Made by a program: the position numbers and the translations under genes
Source of the DNA: Ptychomitrium polyphyllum
Taxonomy: Eukaryota
Reading direction: 5' to 3'
Assembly: GCA_973851085.1 (NCBI GenBank)
Contig: OZ316776.1
Coordinates: 3,968,001-4,032,000, forward strand
Length of the DNA stretch: 64,000 nucleotides
Notes under the pieces: generated by a model
What the model was told of the DNA's origin: nothing
Database searches by the model: none
What the model saw: the letters and a program-made list of their open reading frames with translations, nothing else
Part shown: in pieces, positions 11,301 to 24,100 of the stretch
Layout: each line of letters opens with the position of its first letter
How positions within the stretch are numbered: the stretch's first letter is position 1

Positions 11301-14300
11301 TGACTTCTGTAACTTGTACAACAAATTGAACTGCTTTAAAGACAAAGTCCATGGCCATCTGTCAATTCTTTAGTTACTTGTATTCTGGGACCAGGTCAAT
11401 GTTGGGGCTTACAGGTTACATTAATATACATGTTTACTTTTCATTAAGTGAAATGTTTGTTGATATACAAATTGCTATGCCATAGCTGTCTCAGTGCCAT
11501 GCGAACTTAGTTGTAATAGTGAATTGCTTTTCATCTATTCTTATTGGATTCCCATTAAAAATCAATCTTGTAGAAAAAGCCTTGGAATCATTTGCAAAAA
11601 TGAAATTTTTGAAGTGATGGATGCTCATTCTATAAAGGTAGAAGTATCAAGAAAGTTTCCCAGTAATAGATAAAGGGTGGAGAATGTTGAAAGATATTAG
11701 GGTGCAACTTGCTTGACATGACATGGTTGGATGTCATGAAGGTATGGGAGGCACTTTGATAAAGGAATGTGACATTGTGTGAAATATTGGGAACATGAAG
11801 GTAGAATTAGGTTTGCAATTTTACTATGCACTGCCTCTGAGAAGTTATAATACAGAGACAAGATGTGGCACCCTTGATAATCTGCTCTGGGATCCATTTG
11901 TGGCATGCACTAATCACTAGAAATCACAATTTGAATCAATGTATTCACACAACTTTTGTAAGCTTCTTAGAGAAGAATTTTGGAGTATAAAATTTCCCAT
12001 GTTTATGGTATCCTAGGTTTCACATTGAGTATGTTGATTCAAATTGTTTCTTGTTGTGGACTACAGCAGAAGCTATGACATGGTTTAGGGTTTAGGTTTT
12101 AGATGTGCATTAGACTTTGTGTACATGTTCCTTTTCATCATAAATGCATTGTGATTTTATGTTCTGTTGATTGTGGTTAATGTATATTTAGGCACTGTGG
12201 AAACTTGTCTTGTCCATGGTAGGTTTGGATTTGCTGGACATGATTGAAACACTACTTTGCTCTGAATTGATCACAGGAAGTAGTAGTTTTTGGTTCTTAT
12301 ACACTATAAGTGTTAACTCTGCATTAACTTGGAAAGATTTCTGTGTTAATATATGGATGTATGCATGGTATATTATACATGAGCTTTAACTCAAATATAT
12401 TGTTGATTAGTGGTTTGTCTTTTCTTTTTCACTAGAAGTGAAAAGTTCATGCTTGGTGTGGAAATGTGAACTTTGTAAAAATCTTCAGGTAAAATTGAGA
12501 TATTAAAGAACCTTATGAGGTGATAAATTGGGTTGTTGGATAACAATAAATTTGTATTTAAGCGTAATGATTTGAATTTAAAATTTAAACAACAATTTCA
12601 TAAATATTTACCATTTCTTGTAAATTACTTTATCATTTGACATGCTATGCACATTCCATTAAATATTCAAGTGCCACATTGGACATTGAGATTTTGCATT
12701 TAATCAAATCCAATACAGATGTGTATCAATCAATGTTCAATGTACATATTTATGTGATTGATTGCACTAAACTTAAAAGAAAGTAAGTATATATGAAATG
12801 ATAACACTTAGATGTAGATGTAAAAGATCCACATAAACAAGACCATAGGCAAATTCTTCATATACCTATTGGATCATCACATAAATTCATATGAATGTTA
12901 TTTTTGCATATTAAATCGATCATAAGAAATTTATATCAAACTAATTGCTTTGAAAATGTTAAAAAAAACATTCAATGAAGGTTTACGATACAAATATTCA
13001 CCAAAAGAACTAAAAATTAAATTATATGTATATGAAAATTAAACGAATAAAGATCTATAATTTTTTTAGACTTGTATTAAAGTGCTTTTATAAATGATGC
13101 AAAGTTCATGTTGCAATTGCATTTGAAAGAAGAACATGATAAGATTAAATGTTAAAAGTGAATAGGATAAGTGGAGAACCAAAGTGGAATAGCCATGGAA
13201 GAAGGTTTGGAAGAGATAATGTTTCTTCATTGTAAAATTAAAGATTTCAGTTCTTTCATGAAAAACCAATTCATTTATCAACATCAATTCAAAAGTGGAG
13301 CATGAGCATGGTCTATAGCACCTACTTTGGTTTAACATCCATTATGGTGCCTATTAAATTAAGACTTCCACTTACAAGTTTAATTAATTTGTTTTTTACC
13401 TTGACCATTGGATACGACTTGGGCACCTTCTACTTTCAGCCAAGCATATGCTACAGTCTTAATGGTACAGTGTTTTAATGCTTCGCATAACTTTTAAGCA
13501 TGTACCGAGTACTTTACTCTTTAAGCTCATAGCACATTCTAGCAAAAAGTTCTTGCAGTTATAATTTCAACAAATGAATTTCTTTTATGATGCATGTATC
13601 ATTATTAATGATGTACTAATTACCTGGGTAAATAGTTTGCGTCTTCTTTCTCCAAATTTTGGTAACAGCCATGCTTGACAGTAGTGCTTTGATTTGATGC
13701 AGACGAAATATGGTTTTGTCAACGTAACAACTCACACAGAAGTTCAAACGAGAAAGCTTCATACCATATGCATACTGAAACGCAGCAAGACGTATACAGC
13801 ATTCATTTGGTTTAGGATTTCAAAAGTAATTTATTTTATTTTGGTACATTGATCGGTTGAATAGCAGGGAGACTGCCATAGCTTTAGACTCAACAATGAC
13901 CTCATCGCCTCACAGTGAGAACCAAAATGTGACAAACCCTGTTGCAACCTTTTAGGGATCTTAGCTCAGTGAGCATCACTAGATCACGGAGAAGTTCACT
14001 TCAATCTAGCCTTGCACCTTCAAGCACTACAAAGCCATTGCTGTGGTGTTTCAAGCCCAGCCGCTCCAATGCTCTGCCTTTAAAGGTGAGGCCATCTACA
14101 ACCAAATCTAACACGAACAAACTGCGCAAGGATAAAAGCACCATCTCAGACTCCTAACCCATTGCAAAAACAAGCAACCAGAACAAATGAGCTGGAAATG
14201 ACAACTACAACACACAGAAGACTTCCACCACAACCCAGTCACTTCTAATGCCGGACTCAGTGTCCACTGAACACAGAAACAACCATCATACACTAAAACA

Positions 14301-16295
14301 AAGCCATGCACAACTTAGCCAAGTGAGAGGCTGATGCTCTAAGCTTCAACCGAAAGAAAAACCTAAACGGGTGCAAACTCGGAACAGGAAACAAAGTTAG
14401 CGGAGAAGATAGCACTGTGAGCTTGTGACTGACGACTGCCCCTTGAAGTCTTCTTATAGTGACTTCACCACATCTGGTGAGCTCCTTAGTGCCACGCGAG
14501 CAAGAGCCGGACGATGACACGTCACAACAGGCTGTCTACGATGGCTGCTGCCCATGCAGAGGCTTGGATTGGTCCGTTTCGATGCTTGTGTAGCTTGTGA
14601 CGTGGTAACTTGTTATTGGTGAGCAGCGTCTGGGGAAGTTATTTCAAGCTGGGTTGGTGGTGACATACCCAACATGGGTTGTCCATCAAGACATCTCGGT
14701 TGTTCTATAAGGAAGTTTTCTTTCACTTCTGTCTTTCATTTTTCTTACTCTTCTACTGATTCTAATATGGGTAATGAATCATGAGTTAATATTTCATTTA
14801 TTGATCATTATTTGGTTACTAAAACAAATGTAATTTAATGTTATTATGTATTTTAGTTTCATATCTGTAATAAACTTGTAGAATAGAGATGTTACGTTGT
14901 TTCTTTATGCCTCATTTTAGGTTGGAGTAATTACAAAAAACTTCCAAGATTTTAATTCGAAACTATCTTTTAAATAATCATAAATCTAAGCAATAAGTCT
15001 TTTTCATACTTTTATTTTTCATGCATGCCAAACAATCAATAAAAATCTAAAATTTGAATCACTTTGAGAATGTTCACATTTAATCATATTATACAAAGAG
15101 TACACTACAAACTTTATACACTATAATTTCATATAATAAATTTGTTACATATTAAGCTCTAATAAAATTGGACTTTTTTCATTCTAAAAAATATCAATAT
15201 TTTTGAAGTGTCACAATGCATTCCACCTACACAATAAACTCTAAAAGTTATTTGGCAATTGAGTAGGCCCTTCCCAAGGTCCCACATTCTATTGGTCCAA
15301 CTATTTTCTACAAACGGTATGGAAGGGAATCAAATGAAGTCACCTGTCCATGAAGTGAAGAAAATGTTATTAATACAAACTCTGGATGAATAGCAGGCCT
15401 AATCTATGAGGCCCATGTGAACCCAAACCGACTGTTTTCTACAAGTATGCTCTTAAAACCGTCTATAGCTGTGCAGGCCACCTGGAAACACACCGTAAGT
15501 CTGTGTCCTCAACTTTCAACAGTAAGAGCAACTTTGGGCCATAGAAGAGACAAGGTACGCAAGGTGATTAGAATCACATCTATCATGACGTCCTCTGTCG
15601 TCTGTCCCTTCATTCAGCATGAGGATGAAGCCAGCGCCTCATGAGAGTCTTGCATTAGTGGCTGAAAGCAGCTCTGACAGTAACATGGAGCCTGGGTAGG
15701 AAAAAACTGCAGATGTTCTCTTTCTACAGATATTCTCATCTCTTGTGGTTACGAACCACATACCAGCAATTCTGACCTGCAAGAGATGAAAAGTCTTACA
15801 CCTAGACAGAGCAAGGGACGTGGCTAACCAAGGCTACTGATTTGCAGTACACCTAAGAACCAGTTCAAGCATACGGTCAGGCGGGATAGATCCTTTAAAC
15901 TTGCTATAAAATGAACAAAATTATTATGTACATGATACCCCTCCACGAAATGTTCTACAGTACACAACCAAGCTACAATACTTACACCTCTGTTTATAAA
16001 CATTCTCCGTATCAAAATTTCACACCTAACTAGGGTATTCACCAAAGCGATCAATTTGAGTCATACCAGAATGACGCTGTATATCTGATATATTTGTATT
16101 TTCTTCGAGAGATTCGTCCTGTTTGACGACGGTATCAGTTAATTCTCTCAATCAGAAATGCTAGCGTCGAAAATGGGCTCGAGTATATATCAATTCGCTT
16201 CATCGCCACACAGCTTATGTAATCTGATTTATACAGCCACCACCTCCGAAGCAGCCTGGAAACATCCGTAGGTGCTGGTTCTATGGTACTCCTGC

Positions 16296-19200
16296 TCAAT
16301 CTGAGGGCTTGTAGTGGGAACCGACCGACACGTCAGACTGGGAGCAGCTGCTAGATCTGGGCGGCGATCCAGAACAAACGTATCTGGGTCCAAAACAGGA
16401 TTGATCAGTGGGATGTCCTTCAATTTGAGGCAGCTGAAGAGTCGGTTGAGGAGTCTGTGAGCTACTCAAATTCTCATGTATTGGTCTACCAGGACCATAC
16501 GCCCAGTCTATGTCTTGCGGTGGATTTAGAATGCGTAGTACCTGAAATCAACAACCACATCTCGATATTTAGGAGTAATGTCATAGATTGGAATCTCTTA
16601 GAGCCCATTGAATCCAACACAGCTTAAAACTTCACTCTAATGCTGTTCTATCACGCTGTAGGTTACATTGAACAAGTTCTCAGTCTTGGATCATTCATAG
16701 TCAGATAAGCTCTCAAGACTTAACAAAAGGATTCGCATAAAGGTTGAAAGTTTCATCACTAGAATTACATACCTGGGTCATCCGAGGTCGCTTACATGGA
16801 TCTTTCTTTATGCACAGGTTTGCGGCGTGCATCATACAATGCAACTCATATTTGTTATACTCCTTTATGCGCGGATCAAGAAGCTGTTCGTCGTACGAAG
16901 CGAGCATAGGTCGTGCCTGCAAAAATTTCTGAACATTAGCACCCTGATCACATTGAAATTCACCAAGATTTCCAACCTTTCTTTAAACAAAGAGAGTACT
17001 GCTGGGTATTTACTTGACAGCAAGGTGTGGAAATTAATCATAGTTGTTTTAGTACTCAAGTTTGTGCGTCTACGTATTTGATTTGTTAAGGTGTAAATCC
17101 TAAGAACTATCTAAGAATCAAGTGCAATAAAACTGCGATGTACTAGTGCAAATGTAGATGTACAAGGGATAATCAGGCAGACAGATTGAATAAGTGCCAA
17201 GATCAGGAAGTGCTTGCAGATGACTAAGGAAAACAAAGCCACAAACGAGCAAATCAGAGAACCAAAGTGGAGTAAAACTCACCCATTCCGTCAAGGATAC
17301 TTGATGCTTCGGTCGATTGTACTCGATCGATTTCCGGCCAGATATTAGCTCAAGCAGTACAATGCCAAAAGCGTAAACATCAGCCTTGTCCGTTATTTGC
17401 CCTGTCTCAGCGTATTCTGGAGCCAAATACCCAATGGTGCCTAACACACGGGTCTCTTCTGCCAGGTCCCCGCTTGTCTGCCGTCTTGCCAATCCAAAAT
17501 CCCCAACCTAATCGACACAACGCGTATCGACGTTTGAACACAAACATTCTTGTTAGGCAAACTATGTATAGTACCGACTCCATTGAACTGGAGACAGTGC
17601 CTCAAAGTAAAGAACTTGATTTACACCAAATCCTAGATCTACTTGCAACTTCTGCACTGTCATCTTGAGATTGTACATGTTTGAAATAAAAGATGGTTCC
17701 CATAAATCCCCGTACTTCGATAGAAAAGAGTCATGAAGCCCCGTAATGGACTAGTAAAAGACTTACCATTGGAGTAAAGTCGTGTGTGATTAAGATATTA
17801 TTAGGCCGCATGTCCCGATGAACGATGCACCCAACACGACATTCTTCATGCAGATACCGCAACGCACTAGCTGCCCCAAGTGCGATCTTGTGTCGATGGT
17901 GCCATTCTAAGACCGTCTTGCTCGTTGCTGAGATCACACCAAACCAAAGTTTACCTTAATCACGAGATAAATTCGCAGAATAGATTTTAGATTCCTCGAT
18001 ACTATACTATAATCTCAAAACAAGTATGCAGACCATTCTGTCAATGTTCAGAAAGTTCGATCCAAGAAACCGCAGCAGATAATTGGAATACCACATTAAG
18101 GTCTATTACACATTGTTCAGACAAACTCAAAGTATTACAAAACTGACCGGCTGAAGCCATCTCAATCCAGCAGGTTGAGATTTCAAAACCACGCCTATAT
18201 TGCATAAAGGTGCATGAGAGAGCTGATCACTTACGGGAAAGAAGTCTGTCAAGGGATCCGTTGCAAACATATTCATAGACAAGTAAACGCATGTGCTTTT
18301 CAACGCAATATCCAATAAGCGTAACAAGATTACGATGTTGTGCACAGCTGAGGACTTCAACCTCTGCACAAAACTCTTCGTCGCCTTTAGAGCTAGAAAG
18401 CTTATGTTGCTTCACAGCCACTAACTGACTACTCTTAAGCTGTCCTTTATATACAGTTCCGTACCCACCCTTGGCCAAATAATTCTCCTCACTGAAGTTT
18501 TTTGTAGCATCTTGAAGTTCTGCATACGTAAACTTTTTCACTTTGCCGAAAACGGGAGACTTCTGTTGACAAACACTGCACAAGGGGGGTGTTTCCGGAA
18601 TTGCTTTCTTACAAACCACTGCTCGTCGAACGCTGGACATACGGTCCACTGGATACTGACCATCACTTGGCCCCCGCCCCTCAGAAGGATTCACTGTTGG
18701 AGATTCTTCCTCTTGCCTCTCTGGTAACGAGGGCACTGCATGGGCCACTTCAGCAGAATGAATCTGCTGCTTTCCCCCAAAATCAAAATTGAATAATTCC
18801 ATGGCCCACTGCGTGTCTGCTCGTCTTGCCTGTACAGAAACTGGAGCACGGGGGTTGTTGCTGTAGCCCCTGTCATAGCCAACGTCCCTTTGAATTTCGA
18901 CCAGATCATTTGCATTCCTTCTTTCCTGAAGTTTTAGAAGTGATGCGATGGCATCCTCCTTTTCGATTTGTGCACACTGGGAGCTTGTAGGATTGGAGCT
19001 TCTAACGTATGATTCTCTAGATCGAGGCACAACATTTGGGTGGGAACCTGAAAAAGAGAATGGGCCGCTTTCTACACTTTCATTCCTCGAGTAGAGAGGA
19101 GGCAAAGGAGCATATGGGTTTGAATTGTATAAGTTCGACATGCGGCCAGCTATTGCTGCTTCAGTGAAAGGGCTTAGCGTCACCGGAATCTGATGCATCG

Positions 19201-21191
19201 CAGCTTCTGCAGAATACCCCGTAGTCATGTAGCCTACAGCACGTATGGGTAAAGAGGTTAAGATTCTACAAGATAGGTATAGCGTAAATTAATAGACAAC
19301 TTACAAACAAAATGATTGATATCTGCATTGACTCACCATATTCGGGTGCCGGATAATGAAAATTAGGATCCATCCCATAACCTGAATCAGCCAGCCAACG
19401 GCGAACAGCAAGCTCCCGAGTCATCGTAGCAGCATCCATGTCAGGTTTTTGATGCAAGTATCCCATTGGCACTGGTCCGTGTTCTATCCTGCCAAGTAAA
19501 GGGCCTTCGTGCATAGGGTTACTGTTACTGTAAGAGTAGCTTGAACGTAAAAAGGATACGGCCTTAGCAGCAGAAAGTGCCTGCGTTTGCTGGTGCATTG
19601 GTGCAGGTGCACTGACAGGTGCAGGTGCTGCTATCGACGCTTGGAGAGCTTCCAAATTCCAGGGCACGAAAAGCTCCTGCGAAGTTAATAAAGAAATGCT
19701 CTTGGACGTTTGACTACTAGAAGTGTCGGTTGTCTGCGTCCCCTTGCAAGCGTCCTCAACGACAGGTACCCCGTGGCGCAAATGCTCGTATACCCTCATC
19801 GTCTTTACTCGAGTTACATAGCAAGTCAGATGATCAATATAAAATTTCTTGTCTTTTTTTATATGCCTGCATAATCCAAGCCACAATCACAAAAAGTTAC
19901 AGCAAAAGCTGAGACCAAACAGAACATACTCCACGGCACTCATAAATTGAAGCTAAACCACAACAAAAGAAAAAGGGTTTAACCTGTCAATGACCACATA
20001 TCGTGCATCAAGCCGTTTCGCTTCTTCTACCACAAGATTCTTCAAATGAAGATTAGCCCGCACATCAATATCCAGCTTAGCCTGCATCACAGGGAAGAAA
20101 GTTCAATCTTTTACTATGATTGCATGTCCTTACTAGTGGAAACACTATGCCCAAATGCAGAAGATATGGCCCAATTTAGTTCCGCAGGCTGATTAACATG
20201 ACACACATACAGATGCTACAGGTTGAGATGAACTTTCCCAGTACATCAAAAAACATGGTATAGTATGTGTAATTAAGACAATTTGACATTATTACACTTT
20301 CAATCCAAAAAGTGTAAACATTCAGCCCTACAGATTCACGATCTGAAATTCTCTGATGGCAGTACGCAACCCAGATATATCATTGCTACTTTTCAAGAGT
20401 CCTGGCTAATCACGTATCAGCTTATCATTTCACGAAATCAAAGTTGAACCTGAGGCAAGCAAACGAAGCACGTGCAAATTTGTGACCTAAAAGGATGTTT
20501 AATCTACATAGATTAGAACAAGGCCAGAACTGTCGTCACATACCCCTAACTTCTCAACTGTAGTGTAAATCAGTGGGACGCTTTTCAATCTGGCCATGTG
20601 TGTCGCAACCTGATGTTCCAACACCTTGCGACTCGCTCCATTCCAACTTTTCTCATCAGCACGAGATTTGTAACCCACTGCATAGTGACACAAAAATTAG
20701 AGCTCCAAGGTGCAAAGAAATGTGACATCCAGGAGTTGGTTGATACTGCATCCGCGCTACGTTTGCAAGAAAATTGTACTTATCATGTACATTCGCATAG
20801 CATCATATAAGCACAGGAAAAAAAATATTGCACCCAAATTCCGTGAGTTGGTGGAAAAAAACATTTCACAGGATCTCTGAAAACAAAAGTGCGGAACCCA
20901 TGAGAATTACTTACTTGGATTTATAATGTGATGAAGAATTCCTAGCAGTCGCACAGTATCACCTCGCTGGATGACATGAACAAGAGCCCAATTTAAAGCA
21001 GTCATGTTTAGTTCCTTATTGACATCCATTACAATAAGAACCACATTCCCTTCGGGAACTACACTCTCTTCGGGCGCTACACCACCTTCACTTTCTTCCA
21101 CTCCATCTGTAGTACTGCTAGATCTATCAGACTTGTCTGCACTATGTGCCCCTCCTGACAGACCTAATCGGGATTCAAAAGTATTATCCAT
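16296..21191 (-). CDS. Cytoplasmic receptor-like kinase with N-terminal USP/adenine-nucleotide-alpha-hydrolase-like domain (SELMODRAFT_444075-like family), ~937 aa; exons 21191-20915, 20677-20544, 20081-19984, 19866-19337, 19233-18235, 17927-17767, 17507-17283, 16916-16773, 16541-16296
   Basis: Nine exons join in frame (2814 nt) with GT-AG introns. N-terminal [24 protein letters not shown] (USP-like). [15 protein letters not shown] precedes the kinase domain. Kinase motifs [49 protein letters not shown]. Confidence 0.9.
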
Positions 21192-24100
21192 TCTTCAAAT
21201 GAACCAGATTTTCTTCCGCTGTTTTGGAACTTCGGCAAAGGAGCTCCTGTTCTCCAGGGAATAATTCAATGACCAACAGAGGGTCAACCGATCGATCCTA
21301 TTCTCCGCTTCGAAACCAGACTACCTACCGCCAGGTTCTCGAAAACACTCTCTGTACAGGAGCTCATTACTATGAACCGACGGAAATCCGCAATTTGGTA
21401 GATTCCGTCATCATGTACAATAAATCTCCAAACTTTGCCCCTTTCAACTGCGGGAATAATGTCTGAGATGGATTACAGCGTCTATTAAAAAAGCAAGTTT
21501 CATAGTCAATCACGATATGGCAAAAACGAGAAACCTCGCAAAGTAAAAGCAATAAATGGCACTAATGACAAAGTGATAAAACTGGCCAGGGTTTCTGTCG
21601 AATATGAAACTGAACTAAGCATAAAATGGATTACGACAACTTCGACCCTGGCCGATAACCAATGTGGAGGTTTCGAATTCCAACTGCTCCTCGAGCGAGG
21701 GTTGACCAAATCCTAAAACCTCGAAGCGTCCTGAGCTTCTAACCGAGGAAAACAAGGAGACATCTTTAGTGAACTGGAATTGTTGACCTCCTGCAGCTTA
21801 TGAACGCTCACACACAAGCTCAACAAACGCTACATTCTTCAACCATACACCTCCACGCTAAACAACTAGCTCCTGCATCTTCGCAACTCCTACATCCCTT
21901 CAATAAAAAGAACTCCTGCACTTCGATAGCTTCACTTCAATAAAAAGTTCATCGATCTCCCGACTAGCAACATCCACTTCTCCCAACCAGCTCCATTTCC
22001 GAATGCAGCCAACAGCTAGGGCGCGCTTCTGACACCTCAGTGTCTGTCGCACCAAAGCTGACCCACTACTGATCCTGCTTCCCAGAACCTCAGTCATGAG
22101 ACCCAGAAGTTCGAAATCAGACCACAATGAAAAGCCGCTACAGATGTAGCAGAAACTTCCGCGGACAGGAATATCCGCGAAATGACATCGCAGCAAGGAA
22201 AAGCGGATCCCCAAACCTGACGATCTCATCAATCATGAACCTGAAAGGCTCGAAAGCACCAACCACCCGAACGAAAAGTGCAGACTCCGCATCAGGGTGG
22301 CTCATGCTGTCTGACCAAAGCCGAACATCTGGAACGCGGAACCAGCAGGCCACTTGCGCCTGCAACCAAGAGGTCATACATGATTTCATTGGCCCCTATG
22401 GTCCCAGTGGTTGATGCTGACCTCGGGGGAAGGCCATCAGCGAAGTTCACCAGTTGGCTGCGGGGACTAGGGCCGCTGCACGTGAGCATATCCCGAAATG
22501 CCAAATGCGATTCCCACGGAACGGCTTCGCAGTTTGGCAGCACCTTCGCCCAAGCCTCGCTACAGAACAAGAGCCAACCACTGTGCGCGGGTTGTCGCCG
22601 TTGACGCCGTGAGACGTGAGCTTGTCGCGGCGTGCGTCAGTCGCCTTCGCAATCCAGTCGTCTCTCCCGATCAACGCTGTTTTCCAAGCACTTTTTTTAG
22701 ATCGCACGTGGTCATAGGATTCTTACTTCCCCTTGACCACTGCAGTGCCCAATACCGGGTCTCCGACAGAGCAAACTTAAAACCGTCCCTGTACCCACAA
22801 ACTGTCCAATTACCTACACGCCGTATCCAGTGAAATCTAACAAAATTCCTAGATATTGTCGAAAGTCTATGCATTTACCGACCGTCAGAGACTTTACCTA
22901 CAGCGTTCTTAGATTGAATGAAGCAAAATGTAAATTGTAAGTTTTGTGTAGATAGTTGGTCGGTCGTAGGATACAATGTGATGGAAGTATATATGAAATT
23001 CATCTATTATTGGATGATAATTTCAAACAAGTGAAAATATTTAACAAATGATAATAAATATTCAGAAGATTGTATATGTTTATACTATAGACATATGTGA
23101 CTTTTAGTAAATAGATGATAGAGTTTAATTTATTGTTAGTATATTATCTAAAAAATTAATATTCACAAAGGATCTTTCATAGGACTATATGATAACACTT
23201 ATATTTGCTCTCACTTATGTAACTTTTGTATGATTTAGGACAAGATTAATTGGATAGAGAGCTTTTATTTATATATAATGTGTTGTTGAATATTGTTAAT
23301 TGCATATTGATCTGCTTGTGCATGGATGTGTTTGTGCATGGATGTGCTATTCAATGAAAATTCTGTTTATCATCCAACAGTAACGATCACGAGGCTGGAC
23401 GGGCAATTCTCTTGTCCATATTATAGGATGGCGTCCTCAGTACCACGCTGGAACAGAGAGGGCGTCATAGTGGTATCGTGTCAGTAGCGCCTGGGTATGG
23501 ATAAAACAGCGATCAAATGATGCACAGGAAAAGTTCACGGCAATAGTAAACTTGCTGAGACTCCTGCGGTGATGGGGCCTGGATGTGTTACTGCTGCTGT
23601 GTTTGTAGGGGTGGCGGAGGCGCTAATAAGCTGACGTCAACGGTGACAACAGCACTGAATGAGTAAGATCACGGTAAGTCCGGATGAGTTTACCGCAAAT
23701 AGCTGATTTGTGTAGATTTGGCAATTATAGAGCCTCATTTCCATATTGGGATTTGAATACAATGCTGTTGCATATTCTTCTAGACTACAGTACTACAGCT
23801 GGTGAGGGTGAAGGGGTGTTTACAATTCATTCTGCAACCCAGTGGTCGCTGCAGTTACCGTGCAGTACTGAGTCCTTCTGGTGGCACTAGAACATCATTA
23901 CACCGCAGTATTGGTTCCAACTGTGAACAAAATACAACCTATGTGAAAGTCTCATTAGACAAGCTCACAGTTCCCCCCGCAGTTCCCCCACCATTCGTTC
24001 GTAGTTCTCAACATATATAACGGCTGTGGACGGAGCAGGTAGCAGACTAAATGGGAATAACCTATGTGAGGAGAGTAGAATGTCTTCAGTTTATTATACA

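Noticed and set aside
15279..15290. USE-like GTCCCACATT (snRNA promoter element)
   Set aside because: No properly spaced TATA box and no recognisable snRNA downstream.
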